Source: Epiperipatus broadwayi (lineage: Eukaryota; Animalia; Onychophora). Taken from it: a DNA stretch of 64,000 nucleotides. Shown piece after piece: positions 24,628 through 38,480 of this stretch. The notes beneath the pieces were generated by a model. The model saw only the letters and a program-made list of their open reading frames with translations. It ran no database searches and was not told the origin of the DNA. The stretch is from assembly GCA_028023455.1 (NCBI GenBank), contig JAQFVV010000001.1, positions 3,720,001 through 3,784,000 of the forward strand, read 5' to 3'. The position numbers and the translations under genes are program-made. Positions within the stretch are counted from its first letter, which is position 1. Every line of letters starts with the position of its first letter.

Positions 24628-27600
24628 CAATGTATAACATAAAATAATAAATTATTAGAAAAACAGTTTAAAACAATGTATTTCATGCGATATTGGCAGT
24701 ATTTCAAGGCAACTAATGAAAGAGGCTATTGTTGGAACATATACCTGGTAGTGTGATTAACTTTTATTTTATACAATGATTATATTTATTTTGTAATGTG
24801 TAATCCAATTGATTAGAATCTTTAATGTAGTATGGTATAGATGTGTCTCTACATATATGCTTACAAATAAGAGTAGATATAATGACGATAATTGGTGATT
24901 TATTCTGACATTTTTATTTCACTATTACATTCTTTTTATAATGTTATGTTCCAAGAAACAAGTTTTTGATCAACTAATATTCATATTTACTTTTTAAAAA
25001 AATGAGATTTCTTGAACAATGTTAAAAAATAGAGAGCTACAGGAAGATGGATATTAATAAATTATTATTTTTTTATAATTAATAATATAAAATACTAATT
25101 GAATAGTTAGTTAATTTATCAGAAAGTCAAACTATATTCATGTACCTAAAATAAGTAAGATTTCATTTGAAAACTATTAGCTCTATAATCAAACATTGTA
25201 CCACTATGCTAAAACTGTACAGAGCAATAATAATAGAATGATTAGTCATTCAGAAGATCACGTGACATTCAAGTTTTAAACGAGATTAGTTGAAGATTGA
25301 TTGTTAACTCTCAAGTTTATTACTCTGTCACTATCCTAAACTATAAAGAATTTAAATGTTAATTTATCACAAATATTTGTCTATAAAATATGACCATGCA
25401 TTTTTTGTGATAAAGATAACTTTCAGAATGTTTTCCAAAATGTCTCATATATTATTTAAAATACTGATTAGGTAGTTTTCTATTAACTATTTCCTTATCA
25501 TTCATAATGTATATAAGTATTCATCTCAAATATTACTTAATGTCGTATTAATTAAAGAGTATCTTCCATTAAAAAAAAAAGATCATAAAAAATACTAATA
25601 AAAATAAAATTTTAAATTCATTTCCTTATCCACAGCTTTGTTTGTTGAAATAAAAATGCAGACATACTTTCAAATAGATTTGATCATCCTTGTGTAAATG
25701 TAGAATTATTTTAATTGCAAATATCCAAAAATAAGTCGAAACACAGTGAATTATATTATAAAATTTTATTACTAAGTTTTAAAAATATATAATGTCAAAA
25801 ATGGAGTTTAAACCAAAATTAGCAATTAATTTATCTAATAAATAAATGACATTTATTTCTTCAGTTAATTTATATATAATGTTTAATGAATTATATCCAA
25901 TCTACTCGTGTATTTAAATATCATGTAAAATGGTGTAAAAATATAGTCCTACTCAATGAAGCACTATTTTCAATACATCTAAACCCTTCAAATTATTGTA
26001 AAATATAATATTATTTTCTGGAAAAAAAAATACTTTTTTTTCCTCAATTAAATCCGACTTTATTCCACACAGTTTTACAAGAACACTTCTGCATTATATT
26101 AGAACAATGAATAAAAGAATTTGTGGCTTATCAAATAGAAACTTACAAAATAAAACTTTTCTACAATGAACAAGTTCTATAAGAGAGAGAGAGAGAAGAG
26201 AACGAGAAAAAAATATGTACAAGTGATTAAAAAAGTAGAATGATCTTTTCAGTATTAAGTTAAAGCCTACATTGATAGCTCCTAAACTTAAAAGAAAATA
26301 CCTATAAATACAGCTTAAATGTGAAATTAGAAGTTACCAAAAGGAATAATATTAAAAGTAAAATATACTAATATTACTGTTAGAATTTACATAAGAAATA
26401 TTTGGTATTCAATTGGAAGTAAAGAATATATTAAATAAATATATATTAAAAAAAATTTAAGAGAGAAAGAACAAGGTACATTTAATTGACTTTTATATTT
26501 GCCTAATCTAGTTTGAGGAAAGATGGGGATATAACTCGGAACATTAACTAAGGCTAATGTGTTTGGAAAAATATATCTATGGTCTTTTCCCAGGTTTCAT
26601 GTAGAATGATTCCAGAATATTAGGTATCATTTTGAAATAATATTAGATATGCAATGCATGTCAGTGACAAAGAACTCCAGTTGAGCTATTAAGAAACACA
26701 TGGAGAATTATTATTATGTTCAAACTGGATAAGATAGTTAAGGGTATTATTATTCATAAAGTGACTAATATTATCTTGATGACTGTCAGCATTACACAGA
26801 ATAAGATGTCATGTGTAATAACAGATCAGATGTAAAGAGAGAGTTTGTTCAGTATTTTGTGCAAAAAAAAAAATTCCCAGTTTATACTCATTCCTAAGCA
26901 AATCATGAAATTGAGATATCAGAAAATAACATCAGCATGCATAAACCACAAGAGAAAACTTTGGATGATACAGTCAAGACTGAAAGTCAATAACATCAAT
27001 AATCAAAATTAAATAATTAATGAAACAGTAGAAAGAATTGTGAAAGAACTTATGAAGAAGAAAGCTATTCTCAAATCCCATCCTGTAACCAGAATAACAA
27101 GTCATAAAATATTTTTGAAGATAATGTTCAATTGGATAATATTAAGATTAAAATTATAAAAAAAAAAAAACAATCAGATAAAAATGAATAAGGTATATCT
27201 GTATGTTTAAAATTAATTATTCTGTATTATTGTAAATTAGGTTTGTGCATTTGCAATAATAAGAACTTGGGTTTACATAATGTAATTATTAAAGAGATTA
27301 TTTTTATACAGTCTGCAGATTCTTATGGGTTTTTTTAAATTTATTTGCAGTAAATTGCACCAGAAACAAATATAATTAATAAACATATTCTTAAATATCT
27401 ATGTTGAATGTAAAATGAATAAATTGATATTCTCTAAAAACTTACAGAACATTTCATATTTTTTTGCATATGAGGCAAAATGGTAAATGTTTGTTTGATA
27501 ATGATGGGACAAATCCTAGCTTCAAATAGTCTAAGCTGTACTGTCTGCATTTCTATTTTGGTTCAATCATATTATTTTTATAAGAAATAAAAACTTTTAT

Positions 27601-30600
27601 TAAAAAACCAATTTTGACAGCCCTTGTGATAAAAAACAAAACAATATAGTAGGTACTTAATTGAAACAGAAGGTTTTGTTCAAACTCAAATAAATAAAAT
27701 GTGTCCTCTGATGTTCTTTTTCATATTACTGCTCCTCAATGAATAATTATATTCAAATTTCAAATCACAAATTAGTACATGTCACATTAAATGAACCAAT
27801 TTATAGTGTTTTATGAAAGCATGACCATACAAAACTGATAGATTCTGTTAATATTGAATATTGTCTTGTCCCACCATGAACAAGTTCAGACATGCAACAG
27901 TTTTTCATGTCCGCACTTGATTTGATACATTCAATAAGATAATGCACAGACATATTTGTGCTACACATATTTTCATGCATTCTTACATGTGACTTTTAAC
28001 GACACATTTTACCTTTTTGTTCACAAGTTTGGTATATAATGTGTTTTATCAAAAAACTTTCTTTGAATTATTTTACTTCCTAATTAGGTACCTATTGAAA
28101 TCATAAATATTTTGAAGTAACAAACAAATAGCAATAATAAAGGGATCTATTGTTACTGTTGTTGACCCACAAATTTTTTTTATTGAAGCTATCAACCCCT
28201 AGAAAGTTAAAATCAATAACTTTGGGAACTATTGCTCTAAATAATAATTTCTGCTCATTCTTAAAATACTGTATTAACTCAGTATTTCATAATTGTAATA
28301 TTTACTATTATATTATTTATGTTTTTTTTAATAAGCCAAATTTAAGCTTAGCATAATGATTATTTTCTTTAAATGTTTTTTTTTTAATTCGTTTTTATTT
28401 ATCATTATTAATTTCATTATAGTTAAGACGATTTCATAATAATCTATGAGTGTTATATAACATTATTATAGAAGTATATTTTGCATTATTTTTTTGAGTT
28501 AATTTTCTCTCGATTTAGTTTACAAAAAAAAAAAAAAAAAATTTATTTTGTTTGCCAAAATTTTTGCACTGCATTATTTTATCTGAATTGTGAATATGAC
28601 ATCTTTTAAAAAATTGTATATTAAACTTTTATCATCTATAATAAAAGTTTTCTATATTCAATATATTACCTTATATTAAATCTTTTCAAATCACATATAA
28701 ATAGTCCTGGAGATGTTTTTTAAAACCAGAATAAAAAATATTCAATTACAATTCTACTGAATCAAAAACATATTACAATTTTAGGGATATTTATTAGAAG
28801 TAACTTGTAAATGAGCTGGCCAGAAAAAATGATTAAAGTTGAGTTTTATGATGACTGTACAAACTAATATGGGAATAAACATGAATATTTCTACAAATAC
28901 CAAATATTGGTATCAAAGACTTTTATTTGACTATGCTGTTAACTAACTTCTTTTGCAGAAAGTTTTTCTTTCTAACAAAAAATCTCACAACCTTGTTGTA
29001 ATTACAATTTCTATTGAATTCTATTTTTAGCCCTCCCCCCACTGAAAGCAATTAATATCATATTCTCTATAGAATATTTCTGAGATAAATTTCATGATAT
29101 AAATGAGGTCTGCATCTTTCCATAAAAATCATGCATAAATTCACTATAAAACTATTCATTTAGAAAGGTTATTTTTATTCAAAATTCACTCATGCCTTGC
29201 TATTCTTATTGACAGTCCATTTAATGCACTTTGTTTGCTGTGGTCTTTAATAGATACAAAAGATAGAGCTGCATAAAAAGATGTACTTGCTTATATCAAT
29301 TGTATTTAAGAAGTCCATTTTGACTAAGTAAACAATAAATTTAAACATGGAATGTGTGTAAGTTGTTTTTTTTTATTAAACCGGTAAATTAAACTTAATA
29401 TTAAAGATTCATAATGCATACTTTTAGCTATTACCTTTCATTATTAGAGAGTTTAAAAATACTATAATGTAGATTGGAAAAAGTGATTTAATTGACTAGT
29501 GAATTAAGTGGGTTAAAATGTGATGGTTGTTGTGTTGAAAGCATTTAAAATTGATAATTTAGATTTTTGTTTTGCTTTCAACAGTATATATTCATTGAAT
29601 TTCCAGCCACTGAAATTTAATAGCTGAAAATTTGCCAATAATTCAATTTCATTGGACCATTGCATTTGTGACATTTATTGAATATAGACATGTTTGTTTA
29701 TTGATTTAATCATTCCAAGAATGTGAAAAACATAATAGTGCAGTTTTATTTCATCATTAGTAAGTTGCAACTCAAATTGTTTTTCTTTCTTTGTTTTATT
29801 GAGATTTGTTTAATTTTGGAATTTTAAATTTTACATTCTTTCAAAAAAAAACATTAAAAAATTTCAAAATATTTATTTTCATTTTTCTCCTTTTATTTAA
29901 AAATTTGCTTACTTTAAAAGTTAATAATACTTATTGTAGCATCAATAAAACTGGTTTCTTCATAATCTTAGAAAACTGAGAGTTCATGTACTCATCATTG
30001 TTCTCAAGTGAAAGGAATGATTTTGCTATAAACACTACCATTTTTACATTATTTTATTTGACACCTGTTTAAATATATAATATAGTTCTAAAATTGAGAT
30101 GCTCTAGAAAATTGTATTAAAAAAGTGGGAGTAATAGCAAGCTCTGTAATGAGGATCAAAAGTTATTCTTTGGTCAAAGTATCCTATGGTGTGGTTATTT
30201 GGCTTGCCTTTAGTCATAGAACTTATGTATATGCATATACATGTTTTAAAAAGCACTCAATATTGTTTTGATTTAGTGTTATAAAACTAAAGTTTGAATG
30301 CAGAACTTAAATAAAGTTGCAAATCAAAGAAAATAATATGAAAAAAGCAAAAATAGTTATAAAAAGATGTGAATAGATTTGAACCAATTTGGCATTATCG
30401 TTATTGCAAAAATTAAAATAACTGATGGCTTAGAAATTTTCTTGATTAAAAAATCAAAAGGTATAAATTTTAAATAAAATTAATTTAAGATGAATGTTAT
30501 CAAAATGTTGGACAATTATCAAAAGGAAAGCTTGCAATAAAAAATATTTCAATGGGATTTGAGGAATAACATAGCTTTAAAAAACAATTATTTTCAATAG

Positions 30601-32933
30601 CAATTTATTTTTTCTCACTCCAGTTATGATATCATCTAATGTCATCTTTAACAGATAATCGATATTTTGTGATAATATTTAGTAAATCCTTATTCAGTGT
30701 TGTTATGGCCATCTTCCTAGAATATGTTTTAGTTTACAATTCGTCAATGAAGAGTTTTAAATCTTCATAAGTGCACCTAAAGTTTTACTATTTTGTGTAC
30801 CTATCCAAGTACCAGCTCATATTGAAAAATATATTAATGTTTTCAACTAAAGTCAATTTTCTTTATATGGATCTAAAATCAGTTCTGTATCTAGATATTG
30901 TATTGTTTTAGTTTTTTAGTAAACATTGTCTGTATTTTATCCAGGATTGATTTGAAATTGATAAAAATTTTAATTGGAGTAAAAGAAAAAGGATTTGCTA
31001 ATGAAAAGCATTATGTAAATTGGTATCATGCGGTGATTTATTAATTTCAGACAAAGAATAGAAATAACTATAATTATTAAAAAATTAAGGACATTATAAT
31101 ATGTAGATAAAGAAACAAAAGATTGCTACTGGAGAAAATGTGCATTAAATTTAAAAAATCCAGATGCACTGACCCAAATTCAAAAATGGAAAATCATAAA
31201 CTAGAAATAAATCAGAATATGAATATGTCAGCAATGAATATGGATTTATTAAGCTCTACCATTTAGCATCTATTGATTAATCAAACTTACACTAGATGGC
31301 ATAACTGGAATAAAAAACATTTGCTACTGAAAAACAATGTATAAGTTGGGATCATTGTAATGTTTTTTTTTTGTTGAACACAATTAATTTAAAATTAAAA
31401 TAATATATACTTTATTTATTTTATAGATTAAAAGATATATTTATCTTTTAATTATTTTTCTTAATATTTTAATTGTTGATTTTGAATTAATAAGCTTATT
31501 AAATTTGTTTGCTTTATAATGATTGTTAATCATTATAATTTTTTTAATTAACTGAGTTATTTTTATGATTAGAACTATAGTAATTAGAATTTTGACAATT
31601 TTTCCACGTGTTTTTTTTAATTTTAAAAGCTTCCGGAACGTCACAATTATATTCTGACTGATTATTTATTAAAAAAAGTTATTGATGTATTATACACGCT
31701 GGGTGGCCGTTAAATTTTACAAATAGAAGATGAGGAAATGTAAAAAAAAAGAGAGTGAACTAATGTCAAAAACTGAACTCTTTAATAATATTTTAATCAT
31801 TCCTTTTAATTTCCTGCTTATTAAATTCTATATTTTTATGGTTTATAAACAGTCATATATTTTTAATTGACAAATATTCTGTGTAATCGTTTATTACTGA
31901 GTATATACACGTGGTAATAACATCAGCCTTGTTTCTTCACCCAAACAATTATAAACAGCTTATTTGATTTTAAAATAATAATAAATAACTTATTACAAAT
32001 TATTTCATAAAAAAACAATATCTTATTGATGAAAAAACAAAACAACAAAAATAATGCTTTTACAGATAGAGATTTTCTGAGATGACAGCAATGAATCGAA
32101 TAATCATTAGACGACAAATCTGTACTTAAATTTTTTAGAACAATTTGGTAAATTAGCTCTTACTTACTTCAATATTACTAATTAAAATCACATATATCAT
32201 GATCCTAGGAAAATAGATTTGAATAAGTATCATTTAAATAAGTAAGATAATATTTCCTCATACAAGAAAAAAGAAGGTATAGAACATAATTTGGGAAATC
32301 CTTTATTAATCTTTATTAGTTAGATATATTTAATCAAAATTAAAGTAGATATCAGAATAAAATCATATTAATGATTTCGGATTTTAAAAGTGGTCCTTAT
32401 TGTTAGTGCAAAGTAATAAAATAATATTATCTAAGTAAATGATCGAAAATATATCAGATAATGATTTTTTTCCTCGGCAAGATTTTCCTTTATTTACATA
32501 ATCTGATGAAAGATTTATGATATTGTTTTGCTTTAATAAAAATATTTAAAATGCATTCCTCAACACTAAAAACTTTATAGATATATACAAAGTTTTTAAA
32601 AAACGATGTGGATATATTATTTTTAACATTTGAAAACAAAAAGAGTTCTAATTGCACTCACAACCGAATGTTTATTGTGAATTAAGTCAATAGAGAAAAA
32701 AATCCATATAATATACCTTAGCTTTATAATAAAATAAAGTATTAATTCATAAAGTAGCAAAATGTAAAAAACATCATGACAAATTAAGCATCATTATAGG
32801 CTTTGGTAGAAAGCCGAGAATCAGCTGGCTGATTGATAATAGAAGAATGTTTTGTGTCAAGTAATTTTTCAATATTTTCTTCTTTATCTAGCAAAACCAT
32901 CAATCATGCAAAAATTTTGAGGATACGTGTAGG

Positions 32934-33044
32934 TTTTTTTTTTTTTTCATTTGTCATAGCATCGGCCGGGAGGCGAACCCACAGCCGTCTGCAACCAACT
33001 ACTTGCTTGCAAGGCGGCTGCGATGACCTCTTGGCTAACAACGC
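32934..33044 (-). mobile_element. short tRNA-related (Pol III-type) SINE-like unit with A14 tail; GC/CpG-rich and strongly self-complementary
   Basis: Minus strand has an A-box-like TAGCCAAGAGG and a B-box-like GGTTCGCCTCC 47 nt apart, acceptor-like pairing GCGTTGT/CCGATGC, then TATGACAAATG and A14. No valid anticodon arm and no TSD seen. Confidence 0.5.
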
Positions 33045-34794
33045 TTTGGAGATAAAAAGAGTAAAAAAATTTAAAAAAAATTGTAGATGTAAATGAATAG
33101 AATCAAGTAACCCAAGAAATTGGCTGATTGTTTTTATACAAATGAAACATTTTCTGAAATATTTGATAGAGCAAATGAAATATTGTTTTGTTTTGTTTTC
33201 AGTAGGAAAGGCTACAATTATATGATATTGTTAAAAAGTTCATTGCTTATAATTAATTATTTCTATTAACTCATTCTATCATTCAAACTAACTCAAAGAT
33301 GACTATTAAAATGTAATCATTTTTAAATACCTGTTTAAACATAATAACAGCAATATGATATATAAAATTAGAGCAGAAGTATTTTAGTTTCTTCCTTTTC
33401 ATTATAATAGTAACTGATAGATTAACTATTATAACACTGTAATGACTTACCATTTATCATCTTATTAAAAAATAAATTGAATTCTTTATCACTCAAAAAA
33501 CGTGACTACCAGGCACTGGAAATGATGAACTGAGATTTGATCCAACAACCTTTTGCTTTTGAGCCCATCATCATATTTCTGCTTTAATGTTAGTCTTCTA
33601 CAAATTATGTGGCAATGCTGAATTCAGACTGATAATGAAGCTCACAATTGAAATACATACTTAACTTTGTATAAACATGCTTGACCTAGAATATGCTGTT
33701 ACATCAAATGCCAGATATTAACTATTAAAACCAATTATTTTTCTCCTTTCTATTCTTTTTCTTTTTTATCATGCTATTTTCAGTAACTTTACTATTGTTT
33801 CCGGCCATCATGAGCATTTCATATAATTCATTATCTTTCTGCATCAACTTGAACAATGGTATAATTGTACATACATTTTCATTTTTCAATTGTAAATCCA
33901 AAATTCTGACTCCAATGTTTTTTTTTTAATTAAAGCTATATTTTTTTTTTCTATCTTTCTATTAGTTTTTATGATAACAATATTTCTTTATTACTATATA
34001 ATAATTAAATCAATTATAGTACCTATATTCACATTGGTTTAAAAGCATTATATTGAATTTATTAACCTTGTAAGCATTAATTATATCACTGCACTGTTCT
34101 TTATTGTCAAATTAGCTCAAAAAATGAAAAATGAATCAATTTACTTCGTTTTCTGGTTCTTATAGGAAACCAATCTACTAAGGTTTTTGATCCATTAATT
34201 ATGTAATTATTAGTGTTATATTAATCAGTGCATATAAATATAGGTATGATATTAATCACCAAAAAAAATATGAAATCTCATATAGAGCTTGTCAGACCTC
34301 TTATGTGGGATATGAGTAATAATTTCATCAGTACAAGGAGAGATGAACATGCTTATGTACCAAATCACTTCTCCTCATAAACAATATTCTCCATCCATGT
34401 TATGAATACTGATCATAATATATATATATATATATATCTTTTTGAGATATAATACTCATCACCAAAAAAACAATCTAAGGCCATCAAGATGATTAAGTTT
34501 TCAGACTGTATCAAAAAACATTATGATACATCTAAAATTTACTACCCATTTGAAAATTTTTTTAAAAACCTATTAATCAAACAATTTTACGGCAGATTTA
34601 TCTATTGCCATTCTCCTTCCCTTTCATATATATGTTTTTAAAATATTTTATTCACATGTGCTTGTAACTAATATCTTATTATATTTTTTTAAACAAAATT
34701 ATACTCACACAATAACAAGTGTGATTCAGTTGTTCATTATAGGTATATATAGGATTTGAAATACCAGGCACTCTTAAACCTAGAGCCTAATTGT

Positions 34795-35050
34795 AAATAT
34801 AGGGGATTTGAACTCAGACCTTCAAGCCCTTTCATTATCAACACTATCTCATACTACTGATACACATGACCACACAATGCAAAAAAGATAAATAATCACC
34901 AATATTCATATTTCGTGCTAAACCAGCACTCATCAGTTGGTCCAGATTACCATCTCCCATATATACATAATCAATGCTCAGTCTATATTAAGATAGCAGA
35001 TCTTTACACTTTAGTGGACAGGCTTCAACCTATTCCAACCTCCAACTCTT
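34795..35050 (-). repeat. dispersed repeat family A copy containing the best-preserved hammerhead
   Basis: Aligns to the 18.2-19.2 kb and 60.8-61.1 kb copies; ends on the sense (minus) strand in a B-box-like GAGTTCAAATCCC. Confidence 0.7.
34884..34958 (-). ncRNA. type I hammerhead ribozyme motif (family A), predicted cleavage after AUA between 34903 and 34902
   Basis: Minus strand: GGGAGAUGGUAAUC-UGG-ACCAA CUGAUGA GUGCU(GGUUU)AGCAC GAAA U(AUGA)A UA / UUGGU GAUUAUUUAUCUUU. All invariant core nucleotides are present, stem II has 5-6 bp, stem III 2 bp, and stem I is long with a UGG bulge. Confidence 0.75.
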
Positions 35051-35879
35051 CACCCATCCTGATGCCAACATTGTTGTATTATATGTATATATAATATGTA
35101 TATATATATATATATATATAATCAGAGATAAATGGAAAAAGGATAAAACATGAAAGTTATGCAAATGATTTATTTTAACATAGAACCTGAAATCTGATTT
35201 TGATTCGTCAGTAATAATTAGAATGATGATTAAACCATATATTTTCATGTGGAAAAATTATGAAAGTAACAAATTTTTATATTACTTGATCATAACCATC
35301 TATATGCGAATTGGACCAAGAGTCACATCATTTAAGTAACTTAATTTATATTCAAGATATGCCAAATGGGCTCCTGAAGTATCACTTCCCTTAACAGAAA
35401 ACTACATATGCCAAAATATTACTCTCACATCAAAATATTCTAGTGCTCACCATTAACATACTGGCCTATTCCTCAGCCTGGCACCCAAGCATGCTCTGAA
35501 ACATAAACAAATCATTTAATTAATAAAGCAATGGAACACACACTAAATTTTATTTTAAATAAAAATAAATAGTTTATTAGAACAGTTTACTTAATTAATA
35601 ATTAATTCCTCATGATTATATGCACACATTATAAAAATAAATCCCTGAACCTATGCATCAGAAAATATTATAATAAAATGATGTTCTTAAATATATATTT
35701 AAAAAAAATTTATAAAGGGTTGCCTTCATTAATTAAATTTTATTGCTATATATTACTAACAAGTCTAATTCTTTATACGTTGTGTATATAAATACATATG
35801 CAAATTTCCAATCATGGATATCATAAAATAAAAAATATTTTGCAAATATAAGAAGCAAAATAAATTAGGCTTATATTCA

Positions 35880-35970
35880 TAAAATATAATAATAACAACA
35901 ACAACCACAACAACATAAATAATAATAACAACAACAATAATAATATTAATAATCATCATCATCATTATTG
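35880..35970. repeat. compound (AAC/AAT/ATC)n microsatellite
   Basis: Directly visible; explains the spurious 35765-35965 ORF. Confidence 0.8.
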
Positions 35971-36049
35971 TCTTACCATGGATTTAGCAATTTGTAAGTT
36001 TACAGACCAAGTAGTTTCTAAACCTATAGTAATCCTATAATTAGGCATC

Positions 36050-37150
36050 TTTGAATTATTTAAGTTGTATATTTCTTCACTTCAACAAGCTAGGGCAATC
36101 TTTGAGCCATAGGAATAATCTTCTATTAGGATATCAAGACAGGCTAGACTTCACATCATCATCATCTTCAGTCTAATAAGTGCTCTTAATTCTGAGGCAC
36201 ATAGCATCTTTTCATCATTGAGAGATTATATTTCAGAAAACTTGGAAGGTATATCTGACAGTATTTAGTACATTATGCTGAAATTCAATTTCATAGAAAA
36301 GTTTTTCATGATAGCCAAAATAAAAACAGCACTAAGATGCAGTGATTTGCCATAGTTATGCCTAGTTCTTAGACCTAAATATCTTTCTTTTAATCTCTAT
36401 TTTGACAATTCTCTATCTGAATCATTTTTTTAGGTTTATGAAAGTGGCCTTGAAATTCCATCTTTTTCTTGGAATCCTTAGGTTTAATCTCAGATTTAAT
36501 TTTTTTCCCATGTCACTATATTTCACTTCTGATTTGCAGCAATAAATAAAAAATACATTCTTTTCTAGTGTAATGATCTGATATTATTGTGTCATTCTCC
36601 AATTACTGCTTGGAAAAAACTAATCATTGTTCACTAGGCAGAACTGCTTCATTTTTTATAAATTGAATCATTTACTTCTTCAACATTAGCACTAATTTTT
36701 CTACTCATTGCTTCACACATAATTTTCTGATTTCTGATGTGATTCTTTTCTATCTGATTTTCTTTATTATTCTTCATTTTTGATCAAAAATAGCAATATC
36801 TTTATGGATTTCATTATCTATAAGTTATACAAGTGAGTTTTCCATTATTTTTTGTTGCTCCACAAAAGATTGTTTGATTTTTAGCTCTATATTTATTTTT
36901 GATTAACTTTCATAGATCATTCTATTGCAAATACTACCTCATCAATAATCTCCTTAGATAATTCTATACTGCTCATATCTTTCTCATACAATTTCTCATG
37001 AGTATTATCTTCATTATTGTTAGAGCTCTCTATATTATTCATATCATTATTATATTTTTATAGCATTTTCATCAATGTTAGAGGCTTTTTATTTCATGTC
37101 AATTGTAAATTTTCTATATCTATAATGGCTTTAAAATCATCTATATATTG
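36050..37150 (-). pseudogene. possible very decayed gag/ORF1-like remnant (E/K-rich coiled-coil)
   Basis: Minus-strand frames give E/K/N-rich helical stretches broken by stops. No diagnostic motif; composition only. Confidence 0.25.
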
Positions 37151-38159
37151 TGCTTTCAACAAATTGTGTAATGATCCTCAGAAAAAAAATGGCTGCTCAA
37201 ATATAAAATTTGTGAATTTTAATGGTTTTTAAAATTAGTTTATTTACATTTTTATTTGTTTCTTTATGTTTTTTTTGAATAATCTATAATTGAAGTTGCA
37301 TAGTTAAATACAACATAGTTTATGGCTCCATTGTATTTTTAAAAATAAAAAAACAGGTATAACATATGTATTAGAGACTAACATGATATTACTATTCTAG
37401 TGGAAATTGCATAAAGTATTTAAACACAAATTTTAAAATCCTTTTGTTGATTTTTTTTTTAATATAAGGAGATAATATTACAACAGGAATAAATTCACTC
37501 CAGCACTTTATTTTTAACATTAAATGTTTTTATTTAATATAGAAATTCTGGGTTTTTTTTTTTGGGGGGGGGATCTTGTAACTGATTTTGTTATACTTCT
37601 ACTGAATGAATTTTCTTCAAATTTTATACATGTTAGGTATGAATAGTAATGCAATATTTCAGAATTGTTTAATCACATTCTCGTTCTAATAGAATTGGCA
37701 AACTGAATTTTAAACCAAGTTAATATAGATTCACTAAGTTTTCAGTGATGCAAAATAGATGGTAGTATATTTTTAATGTATGTGAATTTAATTTGTTACT
37801 GGAAATATGATGACATTTGTCAGTTTTTCAATTTAAATATAAAAAGTTTATCACAAATTATCCAGATATTAACAAATAAAAAAATATAGTTTTTATATAT
37901 TTTAAAATCATATTCAAGTATTATTTAATTTTGATACTCATCATTTAGACAGGCCAGCCACTTGGCAACATTATTTCTCTGCAAAAGCACAGAAATATGC
38001 TGTTATTTACTTGATTTCCATGTGAATAACAGCGGCTATGTATGTAAACTGTTATACTAACTATTAAAACTTTAATACAATGTGACTTGAGGGTAGCTGT
38101 ATTTTAAATTAACCATAACTCTTTAAATACTGTCTTTCAAATAATCATCTTACAAGTAA

Positions 38160-38480
38160 ACTGATGCAGTATTGAGTCGTAAAAATTGTTATCCTGTCCA
38201 CATGCTTCTGTACACACTTTTGAAGGATGAAAAAATTTGGAAAGTGTATTTGAGAATAAAGTTGATATGTGATAACATGTTGACACATGTTCTGCATGAG
38301 AATTTCTGTGATACTAAAAAAAGTGAATTCATTAAGCTACATTTAAAATTTTGGCAATTGCCTGTAACCAAAAACTTTCTGACACATTACAAACTCTGTG
38401 TTTGTGTAGCAAGGATGAAACAAGAGGGTTCACAGTTCAGATACAAATCTTCCTCATATAGGCATAAATCTTCAATCTGC
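38160..38480 (-). pseudogene. possible decayed C-terminal fragment of a P-element/THAP9-like transposase
   Basis: Minus strand CVRKFLVTGNCQNFKCSL then, in another frame, FFHPSKVCTEACGQDNNFYDSI. This resembles the GY..RK....C..C...L ... L..PS ... E..F pattern of P-like transposase tails; similarity is weak. Confidence 0.3.

Noticed and set aside
27850-28215. Possible piggyBac C-terminal cysteine-rich remnant ending at a TTAA
   Set aside because: Requires frameshifts to assemble the motif and no matching left terminus was found.
32959-33044. Genuine tRNA gene (Leu/Ser-length or intron-containing Ala)
   Set aside because: No consistent anticodon stem-loop plus variable arm can be built; the T-loop deviates (TTCGCCT); an A14 tail follows.
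33600-33670. Hammerhead-like CTGATAA...GAAATACAT
   Set aside because: Core G8 is absent and stems are not supported.
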